Origin: Escherichia phage KS_W4
Length of the DNA: 57,280 nt
Sequence record: PP627281.1
Direction: 5' to 3' (one strand)
The translations under genes and the position numbers were made by a program. The notes below the pieces were generated by a model. The model was given only the letters and a program-made list of their open reading frames with translations. It ran no database searches and had not been told where the DNA came from. Of the stretch, positions 1 through 10,071 are shown in pieces; position 1 is the stretch's first letter, and every line of letters starts with the position of its first letter.

Positions 1-12
1 AGGGGAGCTTCC

Positions 13-570
13 ATGAACGGGGCAAGTCAAGAGCAATATGATCGTGACTGGACGAACTATATCCAGTATGCAAATAGCTTGTCCGCTGACGAGATGGCAA
101 TACGTGACAAAGTTGTTGCTGAGTATATGTTCGACTACAATTGGACTAACGCTTGCATGAGATGCGGGTTCAATGCTATGTTTGCACAGGAGCTTGGCCA
201 ACGCTTTGCCACGGACTGTTACGTTCGATGGAAGCTCAAGGAGATTGAAAGATCCCGTGTTCAACGTACTTCTGAGCAAGCTAACATTGAAGCAGACCTA
301 GAGCGTCAGCATATCATTGAAGCATTAAAACGTGAAGCTCATTATACAGGACCGGGATCTTCTCAAGCTGCTAGAGTAGCCGCATTGGGCAAGCTTGCAC
401 AAATTTATGATTTGGATGCTCCCAAGAAGGCTAAAATTGATGTTACTAACAGAGGCGGCGTAATGATAGTCCCTGCTGTAGCAAATATTGACGAATGGGA
501 AAAAACTGCATCCGAGTCTCAACAACGACTAGTTAAAGAGACTGAAGATGGAGCTAAACCGACAACCTGA
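13..570 (+). CDS. putative terminase small subunit
   Basis: 185-aa ORF with RBS-like AGGGGAG upstream; directly precedes and overlaps the large terminase gene. Positional call only, no motif verified. Confidence 0.4.
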   Translation: MNGASQEQYDRDWTNYIQYANSLSADEMAIRDKVVAEYMFDYNWTNACMRCGFNAMFAQELGQRFATDCYVRWKLKEIERSRVQRTSEQANIEADLERQHIIEALKREAHYTGPGSSQAARVAALGKLAQIYDLDAPKKAKIDVTNRGGVMIVPAVANIDEWEKTASESQQRLVKETEDGAKPTT

Positions 571-2107
571 TAACATGCCGCGAGTAGTCTGGAAGCCACA
601 TCCAGGTTCACAGACACTCGCTCTATCCTGTCCTGCTGATATCATTTTATACCACGGTACTCGCGGTCCTGGAAAGACGGACTGCCAGCTTATGCGTTTC
701 CGTAAGAATGTTGGCGTAGGGTACGGTAAATTCTGGAAGGGTATTATATTCGATCGTGAATATAAAAACCTTGATGACCTTGTAACCAAATCACAGCGTT
801 GGTTCCCTGAATTTAAAGATGGTGCTAAATTCCTTAGCTCGAAGTCTGATTATAAATGGGTTTGGCCCACTGGGGAAGAATTGCTGTTCCGTGTTGCTTG
901 CAAAGAAAAGGATTATTGGTCTTATCATGGTCACGAATACCCGTTTATCGGATGGAACGAATTAACAAAGTATCCGGACGGGCGTTTGTTTGAAGCAATG
1001 ATGTCCTGTAACCGTTCATCCTTCCTACCCGAAGATAATCCAATTATCAATCCGGACGGTACTGTCACATATTTACCAGACATTCCTCTGGAAGTATTTG
1101 CTACCAGTAACCCGTTTGGTGCGGGGCATAACTGGGTTAAGAAACGCTTCATTGATGCTGCACCGATGGGTAAGATACTCAGGAAAACTACGCGAGTGTT
1201 TAACCCGCGGACGCAGAAAGAGGAAGATGTGGTTACGACGCAATGCCATATCTTCGGATCTTATCGTGAGAACAAAAACCTGAGCCCGAAATATATTGCA
1301 GAGCTTATGTCCATCACAGACCCGAACAAACGAGCTGCATGGTTAGGCGGTAGCTGGGATATCACCTCCGGCGGTATGTTCGATGATCTGTGGCGTAGCA
1401 CTGTTCATAAAATACGCCCATTCCCAATCCCATCAAGCTGGAAGATTACACGTTCTTTCGACTGGGGTTCTTCAAAACCATTCTCTGTTGGCTGGTGGGC
1501 TATTAGTGACGGTTCGGATGTTGTACGTGAGGACGGTACTACATTCTCTACTGTACGCGGTGACTTGTTCCGTATTAACGAATGGTACGGCACTAACGGT
1601 AAAACAAACGAAGGCCTACATTTGCTGGACTCAGAGATTGCAAGCGGTATACTGGAGCGGGAATTGGCCTGGGGTATACACGACCGTGTAGTTCCTGGAC
1701 CTGCGGATAATTCTATTTGGGATCTGGAGAACAATAACTCCACCGCTGCAACAATGGCGAAGAAAATCCGTCTCAACGGCAAGCTGTATAACGGCATCCA
1801 TTGGAAGAGAAGTGATAAATCTGCTGGGTCGCGTAAACGCGGATGGCAGAAAATGCGTGAGTTTCTTAAAGCCGCGTTGCGGGAAGATACAAACGGTAAA
1901 CCTTTGCCGGGACCACGTGAAAATCCAGCAATGTATGTTTTCGATAATTGCAATTATTTCTTTGAACTTGTTCCAAGTCTTCCTCGTGATGAAGTAGATC
2001 AGGACGACGTTGATACGGAATGTGAAGACCATATGGGCGATGAAGTACGTTATATGGTTCTGGATCAAGCTGTTTATACAGGTGTCGGTAAAACTATCGG
2101 TATTTAA
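548..2107 (+). CDS. terminase large subunit
   Basis: 519-aa ORF; N-terminal Walker A-like GTRGPGKTD; size and position upstream of portal gene. Alternative ATG at 575. Confidence 0.8.
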   Translation: MELNRQPDNMPRVVWKPHPGSQTLALSCPADIILYHGTRGPGKTDCQLMRFRKNVGVGYGKFWKGIIFDREYKNLDDLVTKSQRWFPEFKDGAKFLSSKSDYKWVWPTGEELLFRVACKEKDYWSYHGHEYPFIGWNELTKYPDGRLFEAMMSCNRSSFLPEDNPIINPDGTVTYLPDIPLEVFATSNPFGAGHNWVKKRFIDAAPMGKILRKTTRVFNPRTQKEEDVVTTQCHIFGSYRENKNLSPKYIAELMSITDPNKRAAWLGGSWDITSGGMFDDLWRSTVHKIRPFPIPSSWKITRSFDWGSSKPFSVGWWAISDGSDVVREDGTTFSTVRGDLFRINEWYGTNGKTNEGLHLLDSEIASGILERELAWGIHDRVVPGPADNSIWDLENNNSTAATMAKKIRLNGKLYNGIHWKRSDKSAGSRKRGWQKMREFLKAALREDTNGKPLPGPRENPAMYVFDNCNYFFELVPSLPRDEVDQDDVDTECEDHMGDEVRYMVLDQAVYTGVGKTIGI

Positions 2108-2118
2108 CTGGAGGGTAT

Positions 2119-3615
2119 ATGGGTATTGATGCAACTCACCCGCTATATGACAAGTGGAAGGATGCATGGGTTAAGTGCAACGACTGCTATGAGGGTGAAG
2201 ATAAAATTAAGGAAGAAGGTGTTAAATATCTGCCACCTTTAGCTTCCATGCTTATTGATGGGATGAATAATCCTAATGATTTGGGCTTTCAACGTTGGCT
2301 CGCTTATCGTCTGCGTGCTAACTTCCCTGACGATTATTCAAGTGCTGTCACAAACAATTTAGGTCTGTTGCACCAGAAGCCTCCTACAATCCAGCTTCCC
2401 CCTGAAATGGAATACATGCGGGAGCTGTGTACTGCGGATGGTGAAGACATTATTGCTCTGCTACGTCGCATCAACGAAATGCAGTTAAAAAATGGACGTT
2501 TGGGTCTGCTGCTGGACTTGCCAAAAGGTGAGGATGTAAATAACAGACCGTATATTAGCGTTTATGATGCTTTATCCATTATCAACTGGGATGATGGTAA
2601 AGATGAATTAGGCAATATTAACTTGAACATGGTTGTTCTGGATGAAAGTGGGCCTGTACGTGTCAATCAGTTTGACTGGAAAGAAGAGAAGCGTTATCGC
2701 GTCCTGCAATTAGGTCCGATGGACACAGATGAAGTTGCAGGTGGGGCGGTCTACTCCCAGCATTTATTTATCAACAATACCAATTATGATGAAGGGCAAA
2801 TGATTGCTCCTTATTATAAAGGTAAGACGCTGGACGAAATACCTTTCCAGTTTGTTAATACAACAGATATTACCCCAGCACCGGAAGCGCCTCCATTGTT
2901 GGGGCTAGCTAACATCTGCTTAAGCATGTACCGAAGTGACGCTGATTACCGTCAAAGTCTGCATATGCAAGGTCAGGACACGTTAGTTGTTGTTGGTGGC
3001 TCGGGCGAGAATGGGGATAAAGCCCCTCAACGTATTGGTCCTGGTGCGGTGATTAACGTTGCTCTTGGGGGTGACGCTAAATATGTAGGCGTTAGCGGCG
3101 ATGGTTTGTCCGAGCAACGCCTTGCATTGGCAGCGGATAAGCAGGAAGCTCAGATTAAAGCTGGGCAGATGGTAAACAACACCAAGAGCACGCAGGAATC
3201 AGGCGAAGCTATGAAAACGCGTATTGCTGCGCGTACCGCTAGCCTGATTCGAATTGCATATACTGGTGCGGCAGGTTTGGAAAACTTGCTGAAGGTCTGC
3301 GCTAAATGGATGGGCGCTGATCCAGAGAAAGTTGTGGTTAAGCCTAATCTTGAATTTACCAAGAGCATGTTTAACGGTCAGGATTTTGTTCAAATTATTA
3401 CTGCACGCAACCTTAAGGCTCCGATCAGCTTGCAGTCTATTCATGGCTGGCTTGTTGATCAGGGCTTAACCACACTCAGCTTTGAAGAAGAAATGGCAAT
3501 TCTTGAAGAAGAGCTTAAGAAGTGGCCTCTGCCCGATGATGCTAAAGCTGATTTAAACGCAGAGCAGCAAGTAAACAAAGATCCTAAGGAAGACGACGCT
3601 TCCGATAAAGAATAG
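2119..3615 (+). CDS. portal protein (putative)
   Basis: 498-aa ORF immediately after TerL with GGAGGG RBS; size and order typical of portal; no motif verified. Confidence 0.6.
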   Translation: MGIDATHPLYDKWKDAWVKCNDCYEGEDKIKEEGVKYLPPLASMLIDGMNNPNDLGFQRWLAYRLRANFPDDYSSAVTNNLGLLHQKPPTIQLPPEMEYMRELCTADGEDIIALLRRINEMQLKNGRLGLLLDLPKGEDVNNRPYISVYDALSIINWDDGKDELGNINLNMVVLDESGPVRVNQFDWKEEKRYRVLQLGPMDTDEVAGGAVYSQHLFINNTNYDEGQMIAPYYKGKTLDEIPFQFVNTTDITPAPEAPPLLGLANICLSMYRSDADYRQSLHMQGQDTLVVVGGSGENGDKAPQRIGPGAVINVALGGDAKYVGVSGDGLSEQRLALAADKQEAQIKAGQMVNNTKSTQESGEAMKTRIAARTASLIRIAYTGAAGLENLLKVCAKWMGADPEKVVVKPNLEFTKSMFNGQDFVQIITARNLKAPISLQSIHGWLVDQGLTTLSFEEEMAILEEELKKWPLPDDAKADLNAEQQVNKDPKEDDASDKE

Positions 3616-3710
3616 TTGCAACTTCCAAATTGATTGGTTTATATTAACGAACACGGGGTTGGGACGGCTCAGCCCCAAAAACGTCACACGGGTGACAACG
3701 GAGATAAGAA

Positions 3711-4583
3711 ATGAAAGAGAGTTCTGTAGCTATTAGTGTTGGTTTTGCTCTGATTAATCCACGCGCTCGCGGTGAAGGTGATGTGGAACTGGAATACGAA
3801 TATGCATCTGCGGAAGAGATCCCGGCAGAGTTTGCTGCCCTTTACGCAGAGCAGGGTGGTAAATACGTTCTTGCAAAAGTTAAAGGTGTAGCACCTGCTG
3901 ATAGCGTTCGTCGTCTGGAAAGTGCATTAGCAAAAGAACGTAACGATCATCGTCAGGTGAAGCAACAGATTAGCGCACTTGGACGTCCGGTTGAAGAAGT
4001 TCTTGCGGACCTTGATCGTATCCCTCAACTGGAAGCTGCCGCTAACGGTAAAGGTACTCCGGAAGACATCGAAAAGATGGTTAAAGCCCGTCTTGCGCCG
4101 CTTGAGCGCCAATTGCAAACTGTTATCACCGAGCGTGACACGGTTAAGCAGGAAATTGAAGGCTACCGCACTCGCGAAACTAAAGCGAAGATTAAAGATG
4201 CAGTTATTGCCGCTGCTTCTGGTGCCAAACTGCGTCCGTCTGCTATTGAAGATGCCGTAACTTATGCGCAGTTGCAAATGACTGTCGACGAGAACGGTAA
4301 TGTGGTTACGAAAGATGGGGCTGGTGTAACTCCTTACCTGACTCCGGCTGACTGGCTGAACGAAATCCTTCCGAAACGTCCGCACTGGGTTGAAGGATCT
4401 GCTGGTGGTGGTGCATCTGGTCAGGGCGCTGGTGGCCATCACGGTGAAGATCCATACAGCCACGACGGTTGGAACATCTCTAAGCAGATGAACCTCTGGA
4501 AAACTAACCAATCTTTAGCTAAACGTTTAGCTGAAAAGAATGGCGTAGACCCGCTGAAGCCTGTACGTCCTGCTAAGAAATAA
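3711..4583 (+). CDS. scaffolding-like protein
   Basis: 290-aa charged, coiled-coil-like protein between portal and major capsid genes; Gly-rich C-terminal region. Confidence 0.45.
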   Translation: MKESSVAISVGFALINPRARGEGDVELEYEYASAEEIPAEFAALYAEQGGKYVLAKVKGVAPADSVRRLESALAKERNDHRQVKQQISALGRPVEEVLADLDRIPQLEAAANGKGTPEDIEKMVKARLAPLERQLQTVITERDTVKQEIEGYRTRETKAKIKDAVIAAASGAKLRPSAIEDAVTYAQLQMTVDENGNVVTKDGAGVTPYLTPADWLNEILPKRPHWVEGSAGGGASGQGAGGHHGEDPYSHDGWNISKQMNLWKTNQSLAKRLAEKNGVDPLKPVRPAKK

Positions 4584-4705
4584 GTTGACATCCCGACGTC
4601 CCTGATGTTAAGTTTCAACACATCAGGGACACGGGTTCCTAAACAGCCTTCCACGGGGAAAGGCTACCAACAGTAAACAAATCAATCCTTTTCCTGGAGA
4701 CAAGT

Positions 4706-5767
4706 ATGTCTAAATCTAAAATTATTCTACCATTTGGTCGTGGTGAAACTGACCTGACTCGTTTGAAGGATGTCATTGTCCCTGAGATCTTCACTGGTTA
4801 TGTGCAGACGCAGACCGCTGAACTTTCTGCCCTGATCCAATCCGGTGCGGTTGTAATGGACGAGCGTTTATCTGCTAACCTTGCTGGTGCAGGTTTGACT
4901 TTTAACGAGCCGTTCTATAATGACCTGAAAGACGAAGACGAAGATATTGCGATCGATAAAGGTGCTCCGTCCAAACCGTCAAACATCACTACCGGATCTG
5001 AAGTTCAGGTTCGTATGAGTCGCTCAAAATCCTGGGGTTCTGCGGATCTGGTATCTGCTTTGATTGGTAACGACCCAATGACCGCTATCGGTAATCGCGT
5101 GTCTGCGTGGTGGGTTCGCCGTCTGCAAGCTGCATACATTGCAACCTGGAAAGGTGTATTTGCTAATGCCAAGAAATCCCATTCGGACGATCTGACGTTC
5201 GATATTTCCGGTTCTTCATTTGTAAACAACCAGACCAACTTTACCGCGTCTAACTTCATCAACGCAACTGCAACGATGGGTGATGCTGCTCGTGGTCTGA
5301 CCATGATTATGGTACACTCTACCGTTCGTAATCGTATGCGTCAGCTGAACCTGATCGACTTCATTCCGGATGCTCGCGGTGAAACTCAGTTCGAGTATTA
5401 TCAGGGTTTGCGTATTATTGAAGACGACTCCATGCCGCACAATCCGTCTACTGGTATCTTTGAAAGCTGGCTGTTCGGCCCGGGCGCGACTGCAATGGGT
5501 GCTGGTTCACCAAAAGTTCCGACCGCTGTGGTTCGTGACGAAGCTGCTAACAATGGCGCTGGTGAAGAAGTTCTTCACAACCGTGTTGAATGGATTCTGC
5601 ATCCGGTCGGTCATGCTTGGGCCGCTGCCCAAACTGCTAAAGGTGGTCCGTCTAACGCTGCTACCACTAACAACCTGGCCCATGAAGATTCCTGGCGTCG
5701 TGCGTTCCCTGAGCGCAAGCAGCTTAAAGTCGCACGCCTGATCACTCGTGAGTATCAGGGTTCCTAA
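4706..5767 (+). CDS. major capsid protein (putative)
   Basis: 353-aa ORF with RBS (CTGGAGA), followed by a strong rho-independent terminator; position after scaffold. Confidence 0.6.
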   Translation: MSKSKIILPFGRGETDLTRLKDVIVPEIFTGYVQTQTAELSALIQSGAVVMDERLSANLAGAGLTFNEPFYNDLKDEDEDIAIDKGAPSKPSNITTGSEVQVRMSRSKSWGSADLVSALIGNDPMTAIGNRVSAWWVRRLQAAYIATWKGVFANAKKSHSDDLTFDISGSSFVNNQTNFTASNFINATATMGDAARGLTMIMVHSTVRNRMRQLNLIDFIPDARGETQFEYYQGLRIIEDDSMPHNPSTGIFESWLFGPGATAMGAGSPKVPTAVVRDEAANNGAGEEVLHNRVEWILHPVGHAWAAAQTAKGGPSNAATTNNLAHEDSWRRAFPERKQLKVARLITREYQGS

Positions 5768-5798
5768 GGCTTCACTCAACGCCGCGCTGTAGTATTTT

Positions 5799-5825
5799 GG
5801 GGACATTTATGTCCCCTCTTTTTTA
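5799..5825 (+). terminator. rho-independent terminator after capsid gene
   Basis: GGGGAC-ATTTAT-GTCCCC stem-loop followed by TCTTTTTT. Confidence 0.7.
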
Positions 5826-5836
5826 GGAGAACAACC

Positions 5837-6160
5837 ATGCGTTATCAACGTTATGAACGACATGACTTGATGGAAAAATCGTTGCAGGTGGAGCCAATTT
5901 CGATTACTCTCGATCCTGCTAAGATTGACACCACAACTTCAGAAGTAAAGACGGTTACTGTTAAAATAAACTTTGTCCCAGGCGGAACTACAAACAAAGC
6001 GTATAGCGCGTCAGTTGACGGTTCCTCTGCTACAATTAAAGACAACGGGGACGGTACAATTACCGTGACCACAACCGCAAGCAGTGGTACTTCAAACTTG
6101 ACAGTAACGTCCAAGGCAAAGGATAGTGTTACTGGTACATGTGTTATTAATGTGACCTAA
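5837..6160 (+). CDS. Ig-like (Big_2-type) domain protein, possible capsid decoration
   Basis: 107-aa ORF with GGAG RBS; Thr/Ser/Gly/Val-rich beta-strand pattern typical of bacterial Ig-like domains; sits right after capsid gene. Confidence 0.5.
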   Translation: MRYQRYERHDLMEKSLQVEPISITLDPAKIDTTTSEVKTVTVKINFVPGGTTNKAYSASVDGSSATIKDNGDGTITVTTTASSGTSNLTVTSKAKDSVTGTCVINVT

Positions 6161-6177
6161 AAAATAAGGATTAAACA

Positions 6178-6831
6178 ATGAAGACATTAATTGAAGCATT
6201 GTTAGAACTTGATCCGGATAACCCGAATCATTGGACTAGCGACGGTCTACCTAAAGTTGACGCTCTGCGTTTCGCTACTGCTAACCCGTCTTTAACCCGC
6301 GACGATATTACAACTGCTGCTCCGCTGTTCACCCGCGATAACCGCGTGCTGGAAGAGCCAGAGCCAGTGGAACCTGTTAAATCTGCTGATCCAGTTTTAC
6401 ATGAAGCTGTCAAACAGGAGAAAGCTCATGAAGAACAAAAGAAAGTTGCGGTTGCAACGATGCAAATCGAAGTTAAGATTAGCGAAGCACTGCGTGCTCT
6501 TCTGGAGCCGGAAAAAATCGGTGACACTTCCAGCCTAAGCGATGAAGAGCTAAAAGCGAAGCGTGAAAAGCTTAGCGATGTGGTTAAAGAGATTGCCCAC
6601 ACTAAGCACGCGCTGGAGCTTGCTATTGCCGACGTTCAAGCGGATCTGGATAAGATTATCGTTGAGCAGGAAAGTCGTCGTCCTAAGTCCGGTCTTACTG
6701 CAACTCAGATGTATCTTGAAGCGCAGAAAAAACGTAAACCGGAAGACATGCTTTCTGACCATCGCTTCCAGAACCCTATTGACGATCCGGTCGCCCGTAT
6801 GGTTGCACGTAATATGATGCGTCGAGGTTAA
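6178..6831 (+). CDS. hypothetical protein (acidic, coiled-coil)
   Basis: 217-aa ORF with AAGGA RBS in head module. Confidence 0.5.
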   Translation: MKTLIEALLELDPDNPNHWTSDGLPKVDALRFATANPSLTRDDITTAAPLFTRDNRVLEEPEPVEPVKSADPVLHEAVKQEKAHEEQKKVAVATMQIEVKISEALRALLEPEKIGDTSSLSDEELKAKREKLSDVVKEIAHTKHALELAIADVQADLDKIIVEQESRRPKSGLTATQMYLEAQKKRKPEDMLSDHRFQNPIDDPVARMVARNMMRRG

Positions 6832-6833
6832 TC

Positions 6834-6989
6834 ATGGAAATGAGCCATAGACAATATGTGTTGTGGCTCCTCCGACGTAATAGAAAACGGCGTCAAGAAG
6901 ACGCCGTTTCTGTTCCTGAAGAAGAGCTCCCGCCACTTATCCCTACAACCATCGCAATGAGGAAGAAAGATGGAGATTCCACTGATAGT
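6834..6989 (+). CDS. small basic hypothetical protein
   Basis: 52-aa Arg/Lys-rich ORF (MEMSHRQYVLWLLRRNRKRR...) read by hand; below the ORF-track cutoff; overlaps the start of the next gene; contains a 10-bp-stem hairpin. Confidence 0.2.
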
Positions 6990-7476
6990 TGAAGATGGTA
7001 CTGGTGTACCGGATGCCAATAGCTACATCACCATTGAACAAGCTCGAACTTATGCAGCAATGCGAGGTATTGTTCTTCCAAGTGATGATGAAGATTTAAA
7101 GACAAAGATCTTCGACGCTATGGATTTTGTGGAAGGATACGGTCAACGGTTTAAGGGTTACAAAATGGACCCACAGCAACCGCTAAATTGGCCACGCTAC
7201 GGGGTGTTTGTGGATGGGTTCGAGCTACCCCAAAGCCCTTTGCCAAAGGCGCTTATAAACGCGGTTTGCCAGCTTACAGCGGACTCTGCATCTGGCGGTC
7301 CTCTTAACGGTAAAACTACAGCATATGCAGTCAAAAGAACTAAAGTAGAAGGTCTTGAGATTGAATATGCAACTGGTAGCACAGCACAGTCAGGTCCAGC
7401 AAAAACATATGATAAAGCTATGACGTTTTTATCACCTTTGCTGGGTTATCAAATGGGTAACAGATTAATACGGTGA
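6970..7476 (+). CDS. head-tail connector/adaptor (putative)
   Basis: 168-aa ORF with GAGGAAGAAAG RBS between head and tail genes; positional call. Confidence 0.4.
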   Translation: MEIPLIVEDGTGVPDANSYITIEQARTYAAMRGIVLPSDDEDLKTKIFDAMDFVEGYGQRFKGYKMDPQQPLNWPRYGVFVDGFELPQSPLPKALINAVCQLTADSASGGPLNGKTTAYAVKRTKVEGLEIEYATGSTAQSGPAKTYDKAMTFLSPLLGYQMGNRLIR

Positions 7477-7479
7477 TTT

Positions 7480-7860
7480 ATGAGCTTTCCTTATGAGCAG
7501 TTAGTTGAAGCTGCAAAGCAAATGATCAACGACGCTGGCGTGAACTGTACCCTTGTGGTCATGGAAAAAGGAGAAGGTCAAGATGAGTGGGACGATCCTA
7601 GTGTTGAAAAACGCTACCCATTTATCGGAGCTTTTCTTTCTCCGAAGGAAAAAATGATCGGTGGGAGCCTTGTTGCTACTGGCGAATTGAAAGTCTTAAC
7701 CTATCCAATGACTCCACCATTGACACGAGATAAAGCAATGACTGCACGCATTGAGCGTATGTCTCCTGATGGTGAGTTGGAAGTATGGACAATTAACGAG
7801 TTCGTTGATACAAGACCTGCTAATGTTTCTGTTCTTTATACTTTCAAGGTGACGCGATAA
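7480..7860 (+). CDS. head-tail joining protein (putative)
   Basis: 126-aa ORF translationally coupled to upstream gene; positional. Confidence 0.4.
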   Translation: MSFPYEQLVEAAKQMINDAGVNCTLVVMEKGEGQDEWDDPSVEKRYPFIGAFLSPKEKMIGGSLVATGELKVLTYPMTPPLTRDKAMTARIERMSPDGELEVWTINEFVDTRPANVSVLYTFKVTR

Positions 7861-8267
7861 TGGGATTCGGGGCGGATATACGGCGTGCAAGTCAAAAGGT
7901 GCTTGTCCAGACTGGGGAGCAAGCCAAAAAGGTTGTTGTCAAGTTCACGGAGAATGTAATTCAGGATACTCCTGTTAAGACCGGACGTACAAAAGGCGGT
8001 TGGCGTTCATCCATTGGTGCACCATATGCGACGGAAACTATCCGCCTCGATCCTACTGGAGAGTTAGCTAAAGCGGAAGCTAGGGTTATCGTAAGACAGT
8101 TGCCGGATGATAAAGACTGGACTTTCTACTTTAGCAACTTAACCCCGTATGCTCCGAAACTTGAATATCTTGGTTGGTCGCAGCAAGCGCCAAATGGCAT
8201 GGTGCGTATTAACGTAGCGAAGCTTCCAATGTTGATACGCCAAGCTATTGTAGAAGGAAAACTATAA
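7860..8267 (+). CDS. neck/head closure protein (putative)
   Basis: 135-aa ORF, start overlaps upstream stop; positional. Confidence 0.4.
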   Translation: MGFGADIRRASQKVLVQTGEQAKKVVVKFTENVIQDTPVKTGRTKGGWRSSIGAPYATETIRLDPTGELAKAEARVIVRQLPDDKDWTFYFSNLTPYAPKLEYLGWSQQAPNGMVRINVAKLPMLIRQAIVEGKL

Positions 8268-8716
8268 TGCTGGGATACGATTTTATTAATGACGCATTTA
8301 ATAAGATGCTACGCGAAGCGGTTGGACCGGATATAGGTATAGCGTGGAAGAACAAGAAGTTTACACCTAAAGCGAATCAGATGTGGTTAAAAGCAATCAA
8401 TGCACCTGCATCCACATACGCGGCAACGCTAGGTGACAACGGTCTGAATGAAATTCCAGGATTCTATCAAGTCACAGTGTACAGTCCGTTAAACACTGGA
8501 ACGTCTAAACAGAATCAAATCTTGGATTCCATTCGGAAAAAGTTTAAACTGGGCTTGCGTATCCCGTGCCCGGATGACCACACGATACGAATTGTCAGCT
8601 TAGACTTTTCGCAGGGTGGACAAACTTCGCTGAATGATTTTACCAGAGGCGGGGTTGAAGACAACTGGGACGTTAACTTTATTACAATCTATTGGTCGGC
8701 TCGTGAGCCGAGGTAA
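8267..8716 (+). CDS. tail completion protein (putative)
   Basis: 149-aa ORF, start overlaps upstream stop; precedes major tail gene. Confidence 0.4.
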   Translation: MLGYDFINDAFNKMLREAVGPDIGIAWKNKKFTPKANQMWLKAINAPASTYAATLGDNGLNEIPGFYQVTVYSPLNTGTSKQNQILDSIRKKFKLGLRIPCPDDHTIRIVSLDFSQGGQTSLNDFTRGGVEDNWDVNFITIYWSAREPR

Positions 8717-8730
8717 GAGAGGATCTAAAT

Positions 8731-9654
8731 ATGGCTACAGGTTCACGTTATTCGTGTTATTACGTCAAAGAAGATGTGAGCAACACAACTCCAGCAAGCG
8801 CGAAGTTTACCCCGTTTCGTGTAACGAGTTCCGGTCTGGATATTAACATTGCGACGCTGGAGTCTGAAGAACTGCGTGATGACGCAGAAACCGCAGACTT
8901 CCGTCTTGGCGCTCGAAGCGTTGAAGGTACGGTAACGGGCGAAATGTCCTTCGGTACGTTTGACGACCTCATTGCGGCAGCGCTGCGCGGTGAATGGCAG
9001 GAGAACGTCCTTAAAGGTGGTATTGTTCGCCAGTCATTTACTTTTGTAGACTATAACGCAGATCTGCCATCAGGTAAATACACAATCTATCGCGGTTGTG
9101 AAGTTAACAGCATGACTTTCGCATTGTCAGCTGAAAACATGACCACAGTAGAGTTTGGTATTGTTGGTCGTTCCATGGAAATTGCTGAATCACTTCCTGC
9201 CGGTGCTTCCATTAAACCTCGTACAACTTCTTCACCGATGGACGGCTTCTCCGGTCGCTTGCTGGAAGGCGGTCAGGAAATTAGCGTTATTACGGAAATC
9301 GGTCTTACCGTTGAAAACGATATCTCCCCGCGCTTCGTTGTTGGCTCGAAGTTCTCCATTGAACCGTCTGCTGGTCGCCGTGCTGTAACTGGTACAGCTA
9401 ACGTTTACTTCCTGGATAACAAACTGCGTAAGAAGTATCTGGATGAAGTGGAAACTTCAATCAAGTTTGATCTGATTGACCCAAGCAATCCGCAACAAAA
9501 ATACACTGTGGAAATCCCTCGCGTGAAATTCACTGAGGCTCCGCGTCCTATTGACGGTGAAGGCGATATCATGCTTAATATGGGCTACCGCGGATTGCTG
9601 GACCCAACAACCGCAAGTTCCATCAAAATTACCCGCGTTTTAGCGGGAGCATAA
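8731..9654 (+). CDS. major tail (tube) protein
   Basis: 307-aa ORF with GAGAGGA RBS, immediately upstream of the chaperone/tape-measure genes. Confidence 0.55.
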   Translation: MATGSRYSCYYVKEDVSNTTPASAKFTPFRVTSSGLDINIATLESEELRDDAETADFRLGARSVEGTVTGEMSFGTFDDLIAAALRGEWQENVLKGGIVRQSFTFVDYNADLPSGKYTIYRGCEVNSMTFALSAENMTTVEFGIVGRSMEIAESLPAGASIKPRTTSSPMDGFSGRLLEGGQEISVITEIGLTVENDISPRFVVGSKFSIEPSAGRRAVTGTANVYFLDNKLRKKYLDEVETSIKFDLIDPSNPQQKYTVEIPRVKFTEAPRPIDGEGDIMLNMGYRGLLDPTTASSIKITRVLAGA

Positions 9655-9663
9655 GGATAAGAA

Positions 9664-10071
9664 ATGACCGACACCAAAAAAGCCAAAGTTGCAGTAGCTA
9701 AAAGCTTCCGTGATTTTAAAACTGTGAGCCGGGCAAATGATCCGGCTAACACTAAGCCTATGAATGTGGTTATTCCTGGTGTAGGCGACACTGGCGAAAA
9801 ACTCTACATTCGTAGCCGCTACTGCACAGAGTACCGTGACGCTGAACTGAAAGCGCAACGTCAACTGTTGGCACTTATGCAGGGTAAAGACGGTGAAGTA
9901 ACAGATGCTATGAAGGAAGACATCCTTACCCGTTCACTGTGTAACCTTGTAGCAGGTTGGACTTTTGACGAGCCACCGACTGTTGACAACGTGTTTGAGT
10001 TCTTAACGGAGAACCCAACTGTCCGAGAAGACCTTAACGTGTTTGCCGCTAAAGATAGTAATTTTTTCTAA
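9664..10071 (+). CDS. tail assembly chaperone (G-like)
   Basis: 135-aa ORF between major tail and tape measure genes; ends ...KDSNFF with slippery TTTTTTC at 10062-10068. Confidence 0.6.
   Translation: MTDTKKAKVAVAKSFRDFKTVSRANDPANTKPMNVVIPGVGDTGEKLYIRSRYCTEYRDAELKAQRQLLALMQGKDGEVTDAMKEDILTRSLCNLVAGWTFDEPPTVDNVFEFLTENPTVREDLNVFAAKDSNFF

Noticed and set aside
1405-2167. Antisense ORFs inside the large terminase gene (1405-1953, 1631-2167, minus strand)
   Set aside because: Fully embedded antisense in a well-supported gene, with no RBS and no recognisable features.
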